A stretch of 64,000 bases of DNA from Pocillopora damicornis (Eukaryota). The DNA is taken from contig NW_020844494.1 of NCBI RefSeq assembly GCF_003704095.1, positions 124,001 through 188,000 on the forward strand. The letters are read 5' to 3'. The position numbers were made by a program, and so were the translations under genes. Below the pieces are notes generated by a model. The model saw only the letters and a program-made list of their open reading frames with translations, made no database searches and had not been told where the DNA came from. Of the stretch, positions 50,203 to 63,108 are shown in pieces; position 1 is the stretch's first letter; every line of letters starts with the position of its first letter.

Positions 50203-52626
50203 TGTGTTTTGCGTCTGTAAATAGGAACAAATCGGTAAGTAGTTAAAACATTCTCAAAGATATACCTTCAATCAACTTTGCATCACTCAACCATCCCGGT
50301 AACGTTAACCTTAGCCTCTCAAGATTTGCCCACCGAAATTGGTGAACTGGATTGATAAAACACGGAGGAGTGAGGAGAAGCAGCAAAATGCAATTCAATG
50401 TTTGTTTGTTTGTTTTTTCATTGGAACGATCGTCCCAACAGGAATTAAAGAAAATATTTCACCTTAAACTGATCAAAAAGTGATGGTTTTCACTTCAGAA
50501 TGAGTATAAAATGAAAAAAGTTAAGCAAAAGTACGTCTACAGCATGTACTTTTTTCTCGAACTGAATTTCTTTAATTAGTATTCGAGGCCTTAATCTCAT
50601 ATGGCAGGGAGCAAATTGGAGTATTCTAGCACGGTTGGTGGAAAGACTGCAACATTAGTTAGACAGATGTGTTGGGTAGGAATTTACAGCACTTGTAAAG
50701 TTGGTCTTCAAGTTTGCAGGTGAAAAAGCTACGCAGAGTAAATATTTATTCTCAGAAAATGAGATGCTCGACATTTCTCGTGAGTTTATTTTGCGTGTTT
50801 GACCAGAGTTTTACCTACCTGCGTAAATTCATGGATGGTAATGTTTTGGTAGTGACAAATATCACACATTTTCCGTCTTGTCTCTCTATTATTTTTTCTC
50901 ACTTAATTTTAAAATCGTTACCAAAGGAAGCGTTTTTTTATTGTAAGAAAGCAAGTTTTGATTTTACTGTATGACTCATCTGGAACTAGCGTTATTAACT
51001 TAGTTCTATTATGCAATGTTGAAATAAAATCAAACCATTGAATTGTGTACCTTTGCTCAGCTTGAGCTCAGGGAGGATTTTCATGACTAACAGAAAACTG
51101 GAAAGTAATTTTCCTTTCTAAAGAGCGACACTGGCGACCGCTAACCAATCGAATTCCACAGGAAAAATCCTGCAGGAAAGATTTTACACCAAACAACTCA
51201 GATATCGCTGATGGCAACAGAATTTCATTGTTGTCATTCACGTCATTATATAACCATGTATACCAAAATACTTTGAATTTTGTACAAAGCTGCTAAGTCC
51301 AATATGATCTGGTGACAGTGATGATATTGATGATTCCTTGATTCTCTAAGCCAGTGAAGGTCATCGATAAAATTTGAATGAAAAAAANNNNNNNNNNNNN
51401 NNNNNNNNNNNNNNNNNNNNNNNNNNNNNNNNNNNNNNNNNNNNNNNNNNNNNNNNNNNNNNNNNNNNNNNNNNNNNNNNNNNNNNNTCAGATGTCTACA
51501 GACGTCAATCTGGCTACACTGTTTCAGAAGCTTTATCTAACTAGAAAAAGATACGCAACACAATAAGTTTGCAGCTCCGTAAACCCCAGCGTAGAATTTG
51601 GCCAATCTTTGACAAACTTGTTAGCAGAACGTTTGCTTAGATCTCAAGATCGTAGGCCGAAGGAAATGTGAATTATCAGGTTGAGCATTTTTATCAACTT
51701 TCAGGCTAGAAGTGGGTGAGGTTTTAAAAAAATCTCGGAGTGCGCCTGACGCGGCACAAACCAACCTAGGGAAAAACCTTATAAAAATTGGTTATATCAT
51801 TTTCTTGTATCAAATGGAAAACAGCACCAACTTTGGTAGTGGTGAAAATTTTCCAGCAGCCATGAAAATGTCAGCAAGCCGTCAGATAATATGATCTTAT
51901 GAAGGTTTGTAACTGAAAATGGACTAAATTAAGAGAAAATACATGGGTTCGAAAAAAAAAGCCACGGTCAACATACCCAACTCACAAGCATGCAAAACGA
52001 CCTTAATCAGAGGAATCAGTAGCAAATAATGATCTCCGTGTTAGAATCAAAATCATCAGGGAGTATAGGCCTTACTCAGTGTGTAACACTTTAATCGAGG
52101 TCGCATTTAGTCCCCAAAATAACACACGTACAACCTTATGGTATAGCTAACTCTCTGATAATCGCAAAAGAGAGCGAGATAGCGTTTAAAGGCGTCGACT
52201 CCCTCTCGTACAAACTCAATACACCTCCTTACGACTCACCGGAATCCACTGGTGAACCCAGGATACCGAGAATATTTTCCTGCCAATTCCAGAGAAAAAA
52301 CCATAAAGAAACGCAGAGGACAGGCTTGGTAATTTAGGACTCTTAGTGTGATTTTTACCAATATAACGCAAAGATAATATAAGGATCACAAAAAGTAATG
52401 GCAAATGATTCATATAAAGCCCAAAAGGTTACACGGTCGTTTCAGCTTAGTGTTATGGTGAAAGCCCGCTTTTTATTAACTTTTCTGACTTTTTTTGCAA
52501 CCTTCGGTGAACTACCATTTAATTAAGATAGATATTTGCTAAAAAGGAAACGAGTTCAAATTATGATACGGCTTTCTATTGGTAATCGTATAGACCTCGT
52601 TATGTCTTAGTGACACTATTGGATCG

Positions 52627-55325
52627 TCAATGGTAAAAGGGGACATTCAGCAGGCCAGACAGCTTTTCCTTTCCAGGCCACGTGAAAATCTTGCGGCCAT
52701 TCAGCGGTTTCACAGGCCTGAAGTTGTTGCACAGAGGGTCGTCGCTAATAGTGGATAACGATCGCAGTAATTCCAGCTGAAAAGAAATTGCTAGATTGCA
52801 TTAATATGCTAAAAATTGGAAAATAAATACATGGTTTTTACACCTCTTTGTATAAAATCCGTCTGAGCAGTGGCATCAACACCAAATTTTCTCGGCTTGA
52901 GCGGTAACTATATTCTCTTACCTACGGCGCTACGCTGTGCGCACTCTAAGCACTGCGAGCTCCGCTACTAACCTGGGATTCGGTGATCGGTATTGGGTTC
53001 TTCATTACGATCCATTGCACGGATTCGTAGCAGGGAGGGGTGGTAAGGGAACCTTTGTACGTGTAGTAAGGAGCGCTTTTTGACATCAAGTCTGGAACAA
53101 GCTGTGTCAGCGGTATACCGCCATCAAGACTGTAGCTGTCACCTTCAAAAAACACAACAAGCTGAAATTCGTACCAGTCTCACTAGAAGTAAGGGCGTAA
53201 TCGCAAATGACACAAGTGTATGTTTAATTACCATTGGGAGTTACGACATTGGTTGAGGCCAGAGCAATTTTCTCCATCCATTTGTTGAATCCTCCGTTCA
53301 CCTTCGAAAAAAAATAAGAACGAAAAGGTAATCGGTTAACTTCTGGGTGGAGACGAATCTGTTGGAAGCGTCTCCGCTTGCAAAAGTAATGACGATATGC
53401 AATATGAATTCCGTAATCTGTCAATTTATCCACCAAAGCCTCAAAGGGTCAAAAGTTAAACAAATTAATAAGTATGGTTAAGAAAAACACAACACAAAAA
53501 CTACCTGCAGAAACACTCCGATAACCACCAACCCATCGGGCTTGGAGACGGCGTCCTTGAAATTTCCATAGATGTCATTATAAAACACCAAGTGCATCTG
53601 CCAGAGGAAACGCAAGTAAAAAGCACTAGAGTATCTCATTCGTAAACTCTGTGTCTGAACAGGCAAGGGCCAATTCGACGAAAACAACAAAACGAGGCCT
53701 CAGCAAATGTTTTACTGTAATGTGTCAGAAAAAAGTAAATTCCTACGAAGCGCAAAAAATAGCAATTACTACCAGACAAACTACCTAAAAACCACTGCAA
53801 CCGAAATTAAAGAAAACGATGAAAATGAAGCTGCTCACCAAATGCTGAAGATACCTAGGGTTGGTGATTGGGAAAACCGAGTAAGGGAAAAATCTACTTC
53901 TACCAACACTATTTCACGGTTAGGCACAAAAAACTCTGGTAAAAAGAAAGGGGCGAGATAACAAACTATATAACTAAATTACTAAATTTACATACAGCAC
54001 GTAACAAAAGAGTGTAATTAACAAAATACCGAAGAGCAAAAAAGTATACGATAACAAGTAAGTGACGAAACGAAAAAGAAAATGAAAAATTTCCCCAACA
54101 GTATCGTTCTTCAGTTGGAAAGAACTAACGTCAATAGAAATTCACACTAGTGGACTATCATTTTGATTGTATGCTGGACAGCCTTCGCGAGAGTGTATAA
54201 GTCTCAAGGGAAAAAAAACCTTTTTTCTCCTCTAGCTTAACAATCGTTCTTTTGAAGGAAGTCTTACAAGATTCATTCCTTTGCTTACTTATTGTAATTT
54301 TTTCATGTGGGTCCTTAATTCGTGCAGCTTTAGCATTAATTCATGTTAGATACCTCTGATGCAAAAGAGTTTCCATCCACGGTATGTTCAGAGCCAACAT
54401 TGCTTTCGCATCCAAAATGAAAGTAAAACTGTTCCAGACGAAAGGTGTTTTGACCAAGAGGACCTGCCGTGAGGGTTACACCGCCTTGGGTTTTATCCAG
54501 AGTAACTATAGGGGCGTGGCCATTGTTGGACAAGACACCACTCACTGTTCCATCCTCATTATCAAAGATCGGCACTAGGCCACCATAAGAAGAATTTGTC
54601 TGAGACAAACTAGTAACTATGTCGATGGGAGACTGGAACTGACCACTGCATGACGGCACCGCTAGACCCCAGTCTGCCGGACCGAACTCTAGAGAAAGTT
54701 TTGAAAGAAGACAGTGAATGTGTTGATGGGCAACGAAGGACTAAGCTATGAGACTCAAACTGGCATCTAGAAGTTTTTGCGAATGTATTGATTTCTGTGT
54801 GTTGTCTCATCACTCAGCTATTGAAAGTTAATGGAGAAAAAGGACGACAACTGGGCATAACGAAGCATAATTTGAATCATACCTGTTTCTTCGTATCCCC
54901 ACCGGCGTCCTCCTAGTAAAAAAAAAAAATTAGAGATCGATAGAAACGTTTTAGAGTTTAGATCATTTTAAACTGATCTTGAATTACATCTCTTCGCCAT
55001 CTCTGCATTTTCACCCAGGGCTGCCAAATTCAAGCGACAAAAACAAAAAAAATTGACGTCCCAATGTGCAGATTGTCTCGATGGTATACTTCATGGGCTC
55101 TTACTCAGATAAGGTCAAGGAATCAGTTGTTCTTAGTTTGATTTAATATGAATGCGAGACAAGAATTGCTGTGACTTACTTACTTACTTGTGTTGCAAGG
55201 GAAATTCTCACTGGTTTTAGTTGTTTGATTTCGGATCATAAATGTGAGGAAGTAGAGATCTTACCTTGGTCAGCAAACGCGTTGTTGAAAATTGCCACCA
55301 AAACAACAACAAACAGGCATCCCAT
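52627..55325 (-). CDS. Secreted alpha-carbonic anhydrase-like protein, paralog D (complete; first Zn-ligand His replaced by Tyr)
   Basis: Exons 55325-55265 ([20 protein letters not shown]), 54912-54883, 54688-54354, 53597-53505, 53301-53232, 53142-52973 and 52776-52627. Motifs [36 protein letters not shown] and [11 protein letters not shown]. Confidence 0.92.
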
Positions 55326-57112
55326 GATGCTGGATAAATCTGTCACCTGCGTTTAATAACAATGAGCCTTAGAAATTCGGTTGTGTATGAGGTTGTTACA
55401 GACCGATACATCAAAATCGACGAATTCTCTGGTATCATAGTTCTTAGACTGAAGTTTTTTTTGTTATAATTAAATGATCATTGTATCATAATCAGATTTT
55501 GTCTTTGTTGAATCCTGGTTGTTGTATCATTAAAGATTCGTTTGTTGATCAAGAAAATCAGTGCTAAATATATTTGAATAGCACCCTTTTCTAAACTATC
55601 GTCATCAAACTCTGAAAAATTTTGACAAGAATTTTCTTTAAATTTTTAATTACCGCATTTTGTTAGAAAAAAAGATCCCTTTCTCTCTTCTGTTTAAATA
55701 TGGTTGGGCAAAAATTGATACAAGAGCTTGAGGAATCATGAACTCCAGAGTTTACGTCAATTCATGAAGACCTTACAAAGTGAAGAGTTTGCAATGAAGC
55801 TAAAGTTCTATCTTCTTTTCCCTCAGTCGTTCCTTAAAAATTTAGCAGGACTATTTTCCGTAAGATATAGTGAGCTCTAGGTTAAATATACCGAAAGGGC
55901 GAAGTTATCAAAGATTTCCAGCTGTCTCCAAGACACGGATACAATTGAAATATTTACCAAAAAGTTTTTAAGTATCGAAACTTACCCGTTTGCTTTCTTC
56001 CTCTCTAAAATGAATACTTCCTCAGCGTATGCAAGTACAAACAGTAAATAATTGATCACAAGTTATCTCAATTAGAGCCAAAACCACAAAATACCATTGT
56101 AATTGTGAAGATTTAGCCAATGGTTTCCATAGCCCTTTTTGTTTCGTTGTCTTTAGCAGAGAGAATTTAATTATTTGAGTCAGATGACGAGAGATACTCC
56201 AATTGTTCAACAATTTCGCTGTTCTTCCATTATTCCCTGTTGTCTGCAACGATAAAAAAAATTCGACAAAAAGAGTAAATATTTAATTTCAGTGGAAATC
56301 AGAATTACTGTAGAAAAGCTAGTTGCCGAACAAAGACATGCATTGCTATGAAGCGTGATCAACCCGGGCGATGGGAACGAAATAAAAAGCTTCCCATATT
56401 TGGGTCAACGTGTTTCAAGACTTACCTGCTCTAGTAGATATTGTAAATGTATAACAAATTAAACAGGATGTTGCGAAACTGTGTATCACTTTCCACTGTT
56501 ACTGATCTCAGTAAACAAGAGGTAGGAAACATCGATCACGCTACAACAAATCGTTTCCGTTTTTCCACACGAAAACTATTTTTTTAGCGAAGATTTCAGG
56601 TTCCTTTAACTTTTTCGAATTCTCTGCCTCAATAAAACACGGTCCCTCGAAAAGTTGTGTTTGTAAATTAATGTAATAAAGAAATTGAGGTGAAATTTGG
56701 AATGAAACTCGGAGAATCGTCGTGCATTTTACTTTTTAACCGTCATACCGAAGGCACATAATTAATTTAGTCGCGAAAGGAAACAGCTGAAATATGAACC
56801 AATATGTGTTTCAATCTCGCATTTAAATTTTATGAATGGATCGAAAATGGAGAAAGAAGAGAAGAGCTGCAATGGTTGAGTTCGAAGTATCGAAATATGT
56901 CATTTTGGAACTCAATTTTCGTTGGGTGATCACAGGTGCTAAAGCTATTTCACGGAAACACGGAGATCTCTGACGCATAATCAATCCAGCAATCCTTCAT
57001 GAAACTGAATTTATTTGGAAAAACAAGAAAGTTGGGAATCCTTCCTGTATCGAAATGAAAGTTCAGACGAGGTCAACCGTGCCCTGGAGAACCTGGGAGC
57101 CACTCGAAGGAG

Positions 57113-57126
57113 GTAACCTTGGAAAC
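57113..57126. promoter_or_regulatory. RFX X-box-like element GTAACCTTGGAAAC just upstream of STPG4
   Basis: Near match to GTNRCC-N2-RGYAAC, 26 bp before the ATG of a cilia/flagella-type gene. Confidence 0.55.
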
Positions 57127-57152
57127 ATGCTAGCACGCTAGAATTCCACAAA

Positions 57153-60040
57153 ATGGCGAACGCTGCGAATGGGATGCTTTTGCAAGAGCCAAAATCTGGC
57201 CCCACTGGCTATCCTTCGCAACCTCGATCACCCATAAGAATTTTAGTAAGTCTTCAAGCTTCTCAACAGCTATAAATTAAGTCAAGCCGAATTATTTTAT
57301 CGTTTTCCATGGTCACTGGTTGCTGTAAACGTCTTTGATCCGGAAATGAGAGCTCTTCTGTATAATTTGTTTACATTTCAATTACACCAAACTGATGAGC
57401 GATATGTTAAGCAATTCTTTAATGTTTATAGTCTGGAAGAAGAAGTAAGAGCCCGTACTATGAAGACCCAGTGTCGGATAGAGAAGAGTGGTGGCGATCC
57501 ACGCTAAAGGTGAGTTGAAATTCTGAATAATTTATTTGATAGTTTGGGCAAACACGCGATAATTGAAGCCATAATTTATAAAACTAACACTGGTTTTATT
57601 TCTTGGTACATAGCTTAGAAAGCTATTTTGGATATACTCTTGAAGTCAGCTTACTTTCGCAAACGCCAGTCTCTGTGTGATGTTAAGTTGGTAGTAAAAT
57701 GATGAGATGTATTTAAGTCTGCCGATATCTGACGTGTTGCGATAGAAGAGCACAAAATGTAATTGTTCAAGGGAGGTAAAATAGGCAAAACTTGACATGA
57801 CTGGACTATTGACAACCTGAATGGTGTATTTGGGGAGGTAATCAATGTAATATATTGATGAGAAAATCAAATTGCTAATCAAAATCAATCTACAAAAATG
57901 ATCAGTTCTTAATTTCATAGTTACTGATTAATTGTTAATCATTCAGTAGTCATGGCAATATGTTCAGACACACTTGACAATGGGTTGAGAAGCCCTGATT
58001 TAAGGCCCAGCCAGGTTGCTGTGTTGTGTTTTTAGGCAAGATACCTCAGTGCCTCTCCATCCAGGCATATAAAATTGGGGAGGGTAGGGTAGGATGGTGG
58101 TGATCAACTTCAATGGAGTCTGCTACATATTTTCTTTTTCTTTTCTTTTTTAATGTGTTGCTGTGAACAACAACGAGACACATATTAAGCCATTTTAACA
58201 ATGGAATAGTGTCTGTTTCTGTTTCCTCTGAAGACTTATATTCTATGTTATGGTTTCAGGACACACCTGTTCCTGGAAGTTATGAACTGAAAGATTTTGT
58301 CAAGGAAATGCATGGAAAACGTGTGATAACTACATATGGATTTAAGAATGCAGGAAGAAAAAGAAATGCTGACCCATCACGCAAGGGTGACAAATTAATG
58401 CCAGGACTGTACAAACATGGAACATCCATTGATGAGCTGAATAAACAACATGTGACATACAGTTTTAAGTCTTGCGACAGATATCATACTCCAACAGCAC
58501 TAGTGGGATACATGGACAAGGTATTCTGTAGATCTTGGCTGGGATTCAAATTTTTGATTGGTTTTTAAACATTTTGAAAAGTATTTTGAATTCATGCTTA
58601 CTACATTGATTAACTTTCATTGCAGGAGTTTGTGAAGAGTCAAATCAGCCCAAACACATATTACACTGGGTACAAGTATGTGCCTAAGTTACCTTCGAAG
58701 TAAGTAACTCAGTTTAAGATGGAAAGAATAAATCCGCATCCATTGGTCATGCAATGTAAATCTTGTCATTGAAAATATACAGGGAAATAACTACCTGCTC
58801 AAACATAGACAAGACTCTCTCATTACTGTGTATTTACTATCTTGACACGACATTCTTTTTAATAGGCACCCAGCTTTCAAGTCTCAAGAGCGCAGATTCC
58901 CAACCATCTACTTTAAACCAGTGAGTGATTCCTTAAAAAAATACTGTGTTTGTATTGAGAAACCAGGGGAATTCAAGTTTTATTCACCAGGGATACTGTA
59001 ATGAGAAATTAGATACTTATAGTCACTCGTAGGGGTTGAGGAGTAAACAATGACACAGTGTGTAGATTTTGGTAAATTTATATCACAGTGCTCTGTCAGT
59101 TCCATATATCTTTCCTTTTTGCTTCACAGGCTACTAGACCTTTTGTGATAATTGATATTAATGGCATAATTTTTTGTGTCTACTTTTTGTCTCCACAGAG
59201 AGAAGGTCCCCCTCCTGGAGAGTACAAACTCTCCAAGGACCCAATTTTACCAAAAGGACCAAATGTTACATCTCCATTCAAGTCAAAAACTCCAAGATTT
59301 GTCCAACCTCATGTGCTGGTATGTAATGGCAAACATATAAGTTTAGAAAGAGTTCTATGGCAATGGCACACAGCTCTAACTCAGTGAGCAAGAAATCCCT
59401 GAGAATTCTTAATTGAGTTGTAGTACTAGCTTTTATAGATCAAAATCCTCAAAATCATATCAGAATTTAGTGTCAGGAAAATCAATGTAAGGGCATGAAT
59501 TGCTTTTCTTTTGGTTCACCATTATACTACTGAAAGACCATTAGTAGTAACATTGATACTTCATACTCTTGAATGTGTTGGGTTTAAATGTAATTTTAAA
59601 TTTATTTTAAGAATGTATTAAAACCAATGAAAATTCCTGGAATTTTATGAGTTATACCTTGTGTGATTTTTCTCAGGTTGAAGACAAGAACAGTAGATTT
59701 TGTGCTATTTATTTTCTTGTTTCTAGGGGAATGTGATAGCCAAGTTTTTCGCACAATGCACTCTGAATTGAAAGGTTCAAGGGTGTAGTCACTTTGGAGG
59801 TACAAAAACAGGGAAAAAGCTCAAGATCTAAAGATGTATATGACTTGTACACAAAAGAAATACCCAGAATACTGGCATTTATTGTTGTCCATATTGTTTT
59901 CTTTCTTTTTCTCAAAATAGAAAACACCTGGTCCTGGAACATATTGCAAGACATACCAAACACCAATGCCAGATACAATCAAGAAAATGGCAAGAAATTA
60001 TGGATTGTTCTTTACCTCAGGGACTTATGGAGATTATTAA
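57153..60040 (+). CDS. STPG4: Sperm-tail PG-rich repeat-containing protein 4 (SHIPPO-repeat family), 7 exons, 266 aa
   Basis: Exons 57153-57245, 57432-57509, 58260-58520, 58626-58699, 58866-58920, 59199-59318 and 59921-60040. Motifs REEWWRSTLKDTPVPGSY, TYGFKNAGRK, RFPTIYFKPREGPPPGEY, KTPGPGTY and KMARNYGLFF match STPG4 as I recall it. Confidence 0.88.
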
Positions 60041-60675
60041 CAATATATTTTTCTTATGAATTAAAAATGGGAAGGATATGATGTCAGACACAAAGGAAGG
60101 TGAAGGAGATACAAATGAACCACCAACCAATACTCCTGCTGATGCACTTGAACATCTGTAAATTATAATTATAAAACCTGGCTTTTTGAAATTGCATTTG
60201 TTTTTTTATAAGAGTATGTGAGGTAGAAATAAAACAAATTGATACGTGTGACATGTTGAAGTTTATTTATTTGGATGACCTTTCCAAGCAGAAAGAACAC
60301 TTGATACAGAAGTTTGACTTAAGTTTTGCACTTAACAAACTCAGATTTTTATGATGTACATACTGTGATACAGACCCCAAAAGTCATAGACATGCATCTT
60401 CTCCCTACAATTTTAATACATTATCTAACAAGCAGGTAATGATAGTATACATACTCATCAGAAAGAGGATATTGCCAGCATGAACTACATATTCTTGTAA
60501 CAAATTCACAAGGAACTGTAGAACTCATCAAAGGTAGAATTACTTTCTGATCTGGGAAATGGAGTAAAGATGCACATCTGCACTGTGCAACCTTTACAAA
60601 TATTGAAGAGATGTTAACCAAGGGGATTAAAAACCACTCTTAGAAACAGTAATGTTGTGTCAAAAGTGACCAGAG

Positions 60676-61290
60676 TTAGCGCACCTTTAAAAGAACAATC
60701 TTTCCTTTATCAAACCTCCTGTACAGACGATGATTGGTCTCTCCAATTCTTTCAAGAGACCAGAGAATTGTGGACACCAGTTTATCATCTAAATTTGATT
60801 CTTCTACACTATCAGCAATATGGTTTAACAATCGTCGAAACATACTGCAACCTTCTGCGGATGCTGCCCTGATCTTCTGCAGTTCTAGCCTCTGGTTATC
60901 GTCATGCCAAACAGCTCTTGCAATCTTGCGCAACAACTCAATACATTCCTCTTTTTCTAATGAATCTTTTGATGCTGCAAATATGTCAAGAAGTTCTTGG
61001 ACAGTTTTGTGAGCTATAGTTTCCTCTTTGAGTGGAAAGGCAGTGGAAACTGATGAAAAATTGCAGAACCGAACACATTGTAAAGTAACGCTTTCACCTG
61101 GTAGAGTAAACTTGTTTGTTGTCCCAGAGAGACACTTCGTATTAGCTGCATTTATATTTTGAGGGAATATTGACAGAGCTCTTAGAGTTGATGAGCAAAG
61201 AACAGTTCTTTGCATCACTTTTCTTGTCATGGTGCCCACGAACAAGTTTGGAAGCTTCTTGGTCAGAAGCACACTCAGCTGGTTTACCAT
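60676..61290 (-). CDS. Short paralog of the 38-aa-repeat protein (204 aa; one repeat only), possibly truncated
   Basis: TVQELLDIF..ELLRKIARAV..QRLELQK..LLNHI..STILWSLERIGETNHRLY aligns by eye with TVDKQLDFF..ILYNIAKIT..QKKVLKQ..LLDSI..AILMWSLGINGEKHKKLL of 30535-32217. The N-terminus looks like a mitochondrial presequence. Confidence 0.65.
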   Translation of the reverse strand: MVNQLSVLLTKKLPNLFVGTMTRKVMQRTVLCSSTLRALSIFPQNINAANTKCLSGTTNKFTLPGESVTLQCVRFCNFSSVSTAFPLKEETIAHKTVQELLDIFAASKDSLEKEECIELLRKIARAVWHDDNQRLELQKIRAASAEGCSMFRRLLNHIADSVEESNLDDKLVSTILWSLERIGETNHRLYRRFDKGKIVLLKVR

Positions 61291-63108
61291 TCTTTAGACC
61301 TTACAAGAATTATTCCCAGTTATTTCCTTAGGAAAGAACAAGAGAGAAAGTGTGAAAAACTGCGATTACTACAAATTTTGTGTCACAGCAGATTACAACT
61401 GACTCTGAACTAGAAAAAGCTGTTTTCTAACTAGTGTTACACATGTTGAATTGTCATGACTTGACAATAATTGATAACAGATCGAGTGAACGCAATTAAG
61501 GGTTAACAGACGGTTCAAGCCCTGACATTTTCAACTTTTTAATTTTACATTAATTAAGCTTGAATCAAACTCCAAGGATTATCTCTTCTACATGTTTCAA
61601 CCCACAGTGCATGATATGTGAGTACGAGGTTGGTTCACTCCGCTTGGATTTCTGAGGTGCTGGGAATTTATCTTAAAATTCACATTAATGTATTGACTGA
61701 AAAATCCCACAAATAAAGCTTAACAAATTCTTATTCAACAAATAAACGGAGAAGTTAAAAACACAATAGCGTAGCTAGAAAACTAACCGTTTAGAACAGT
61801 TTGATTTATGGCCTTTCCCACTCTGTTTCAGAAAGCACTTTGGAGATGCAGCTTTGTTGTGGATGGATACTTCGTATAAAAATACTGATTTATCTTAACA
61901 AACTTATTTGAGCGGGGCGAAGGATCAGCTGAGAGATTTGATGGTTAACTGAACACGGCGTACCTGACACAATCAGAAAGTTACATATATAGATGTAAAT
62001 ATGTTAACTTTATTAGAATATAATTTAAAAACAGCAACTGACAAGGTACATGTAAACATGACTTAAATTTTCCATAGTTGGAAGTAAAAACAGTTAGGTC
62101 TGGTCAGCTCACAGCCTTTGTGAGTGAGGTTGCATAATTAAATAGAAGGCACAATAATTTATACTCCATAACTTGAGATAGTCAAATTAATCTTTAAGTC
62201 ATCCAAATTTCATAATATTAATTGATAGAATGTATATCTGATTCTAAAGTATGTCGCAGTTCTTGCAACATTCAAGGCATATCAATTTAAACCCCATTGA
62301 ATCTAGTTATTGATGAGAAATCTTGCCACAATCAAATTCAAATCTAAAATCTTGAAAGTTTAACAAAATAGATGAGTATATTTAGAGGGCAAATTTCTTC
62401 CACTTCAGGATTCCTTTGAAACGTTTTTACAGCCATTTACACTCTTTTAATTGACTTGAGTTGAGACTCCAAATAAAGACATATATCAAACAGATTTTAA
62501 AATTTGTCATTTGAAAATATCAATAAATTCATGGTTCATAATTTACCCCAGTGCCTCCAGCTCTCTGGAAACCACAAAAGATGAGGCAGGAATTCTAACT
62601 ACATATCAAAATAAGTATCATAATCAATGTTGCCAGCATTATCATAATTGTTATTATCACAATTATTACTATTAACTTCATCACCTTCATCAATATTATC
62701 AGCATTAAAAAACAACCAATATGTGGGGGCTATTATGCTGGATGAGAATAAATTATAAACAAATTATATGTTTTCATTATCACAGGATACTAAATAAATG
62801 TTTTTTTTAACATTGTCATTAGTTGAGTATTAGTAATTCTAATGAGAACTTGCCACCTTTGAATTAATTTTCTGTAATGAATATCTTGAGATTACTGACA
62901 TACATGGTATAGCTGTAACTCTCCTCAAGGCACTATAAAGCAGCAATTGCCACTATTAACCAACACACATTCTTCTTAAAGGTTTCTCTCCAAAATTTTA
63001 CTTGCTACTGTAAATTATCATTGAATATATTACTAAACAACAATGACAAAATCCTTAAATTATCAAAGTCTTCAGTTTGCATCCATTTTTTACATGATCA
63101 CTCTTTTG

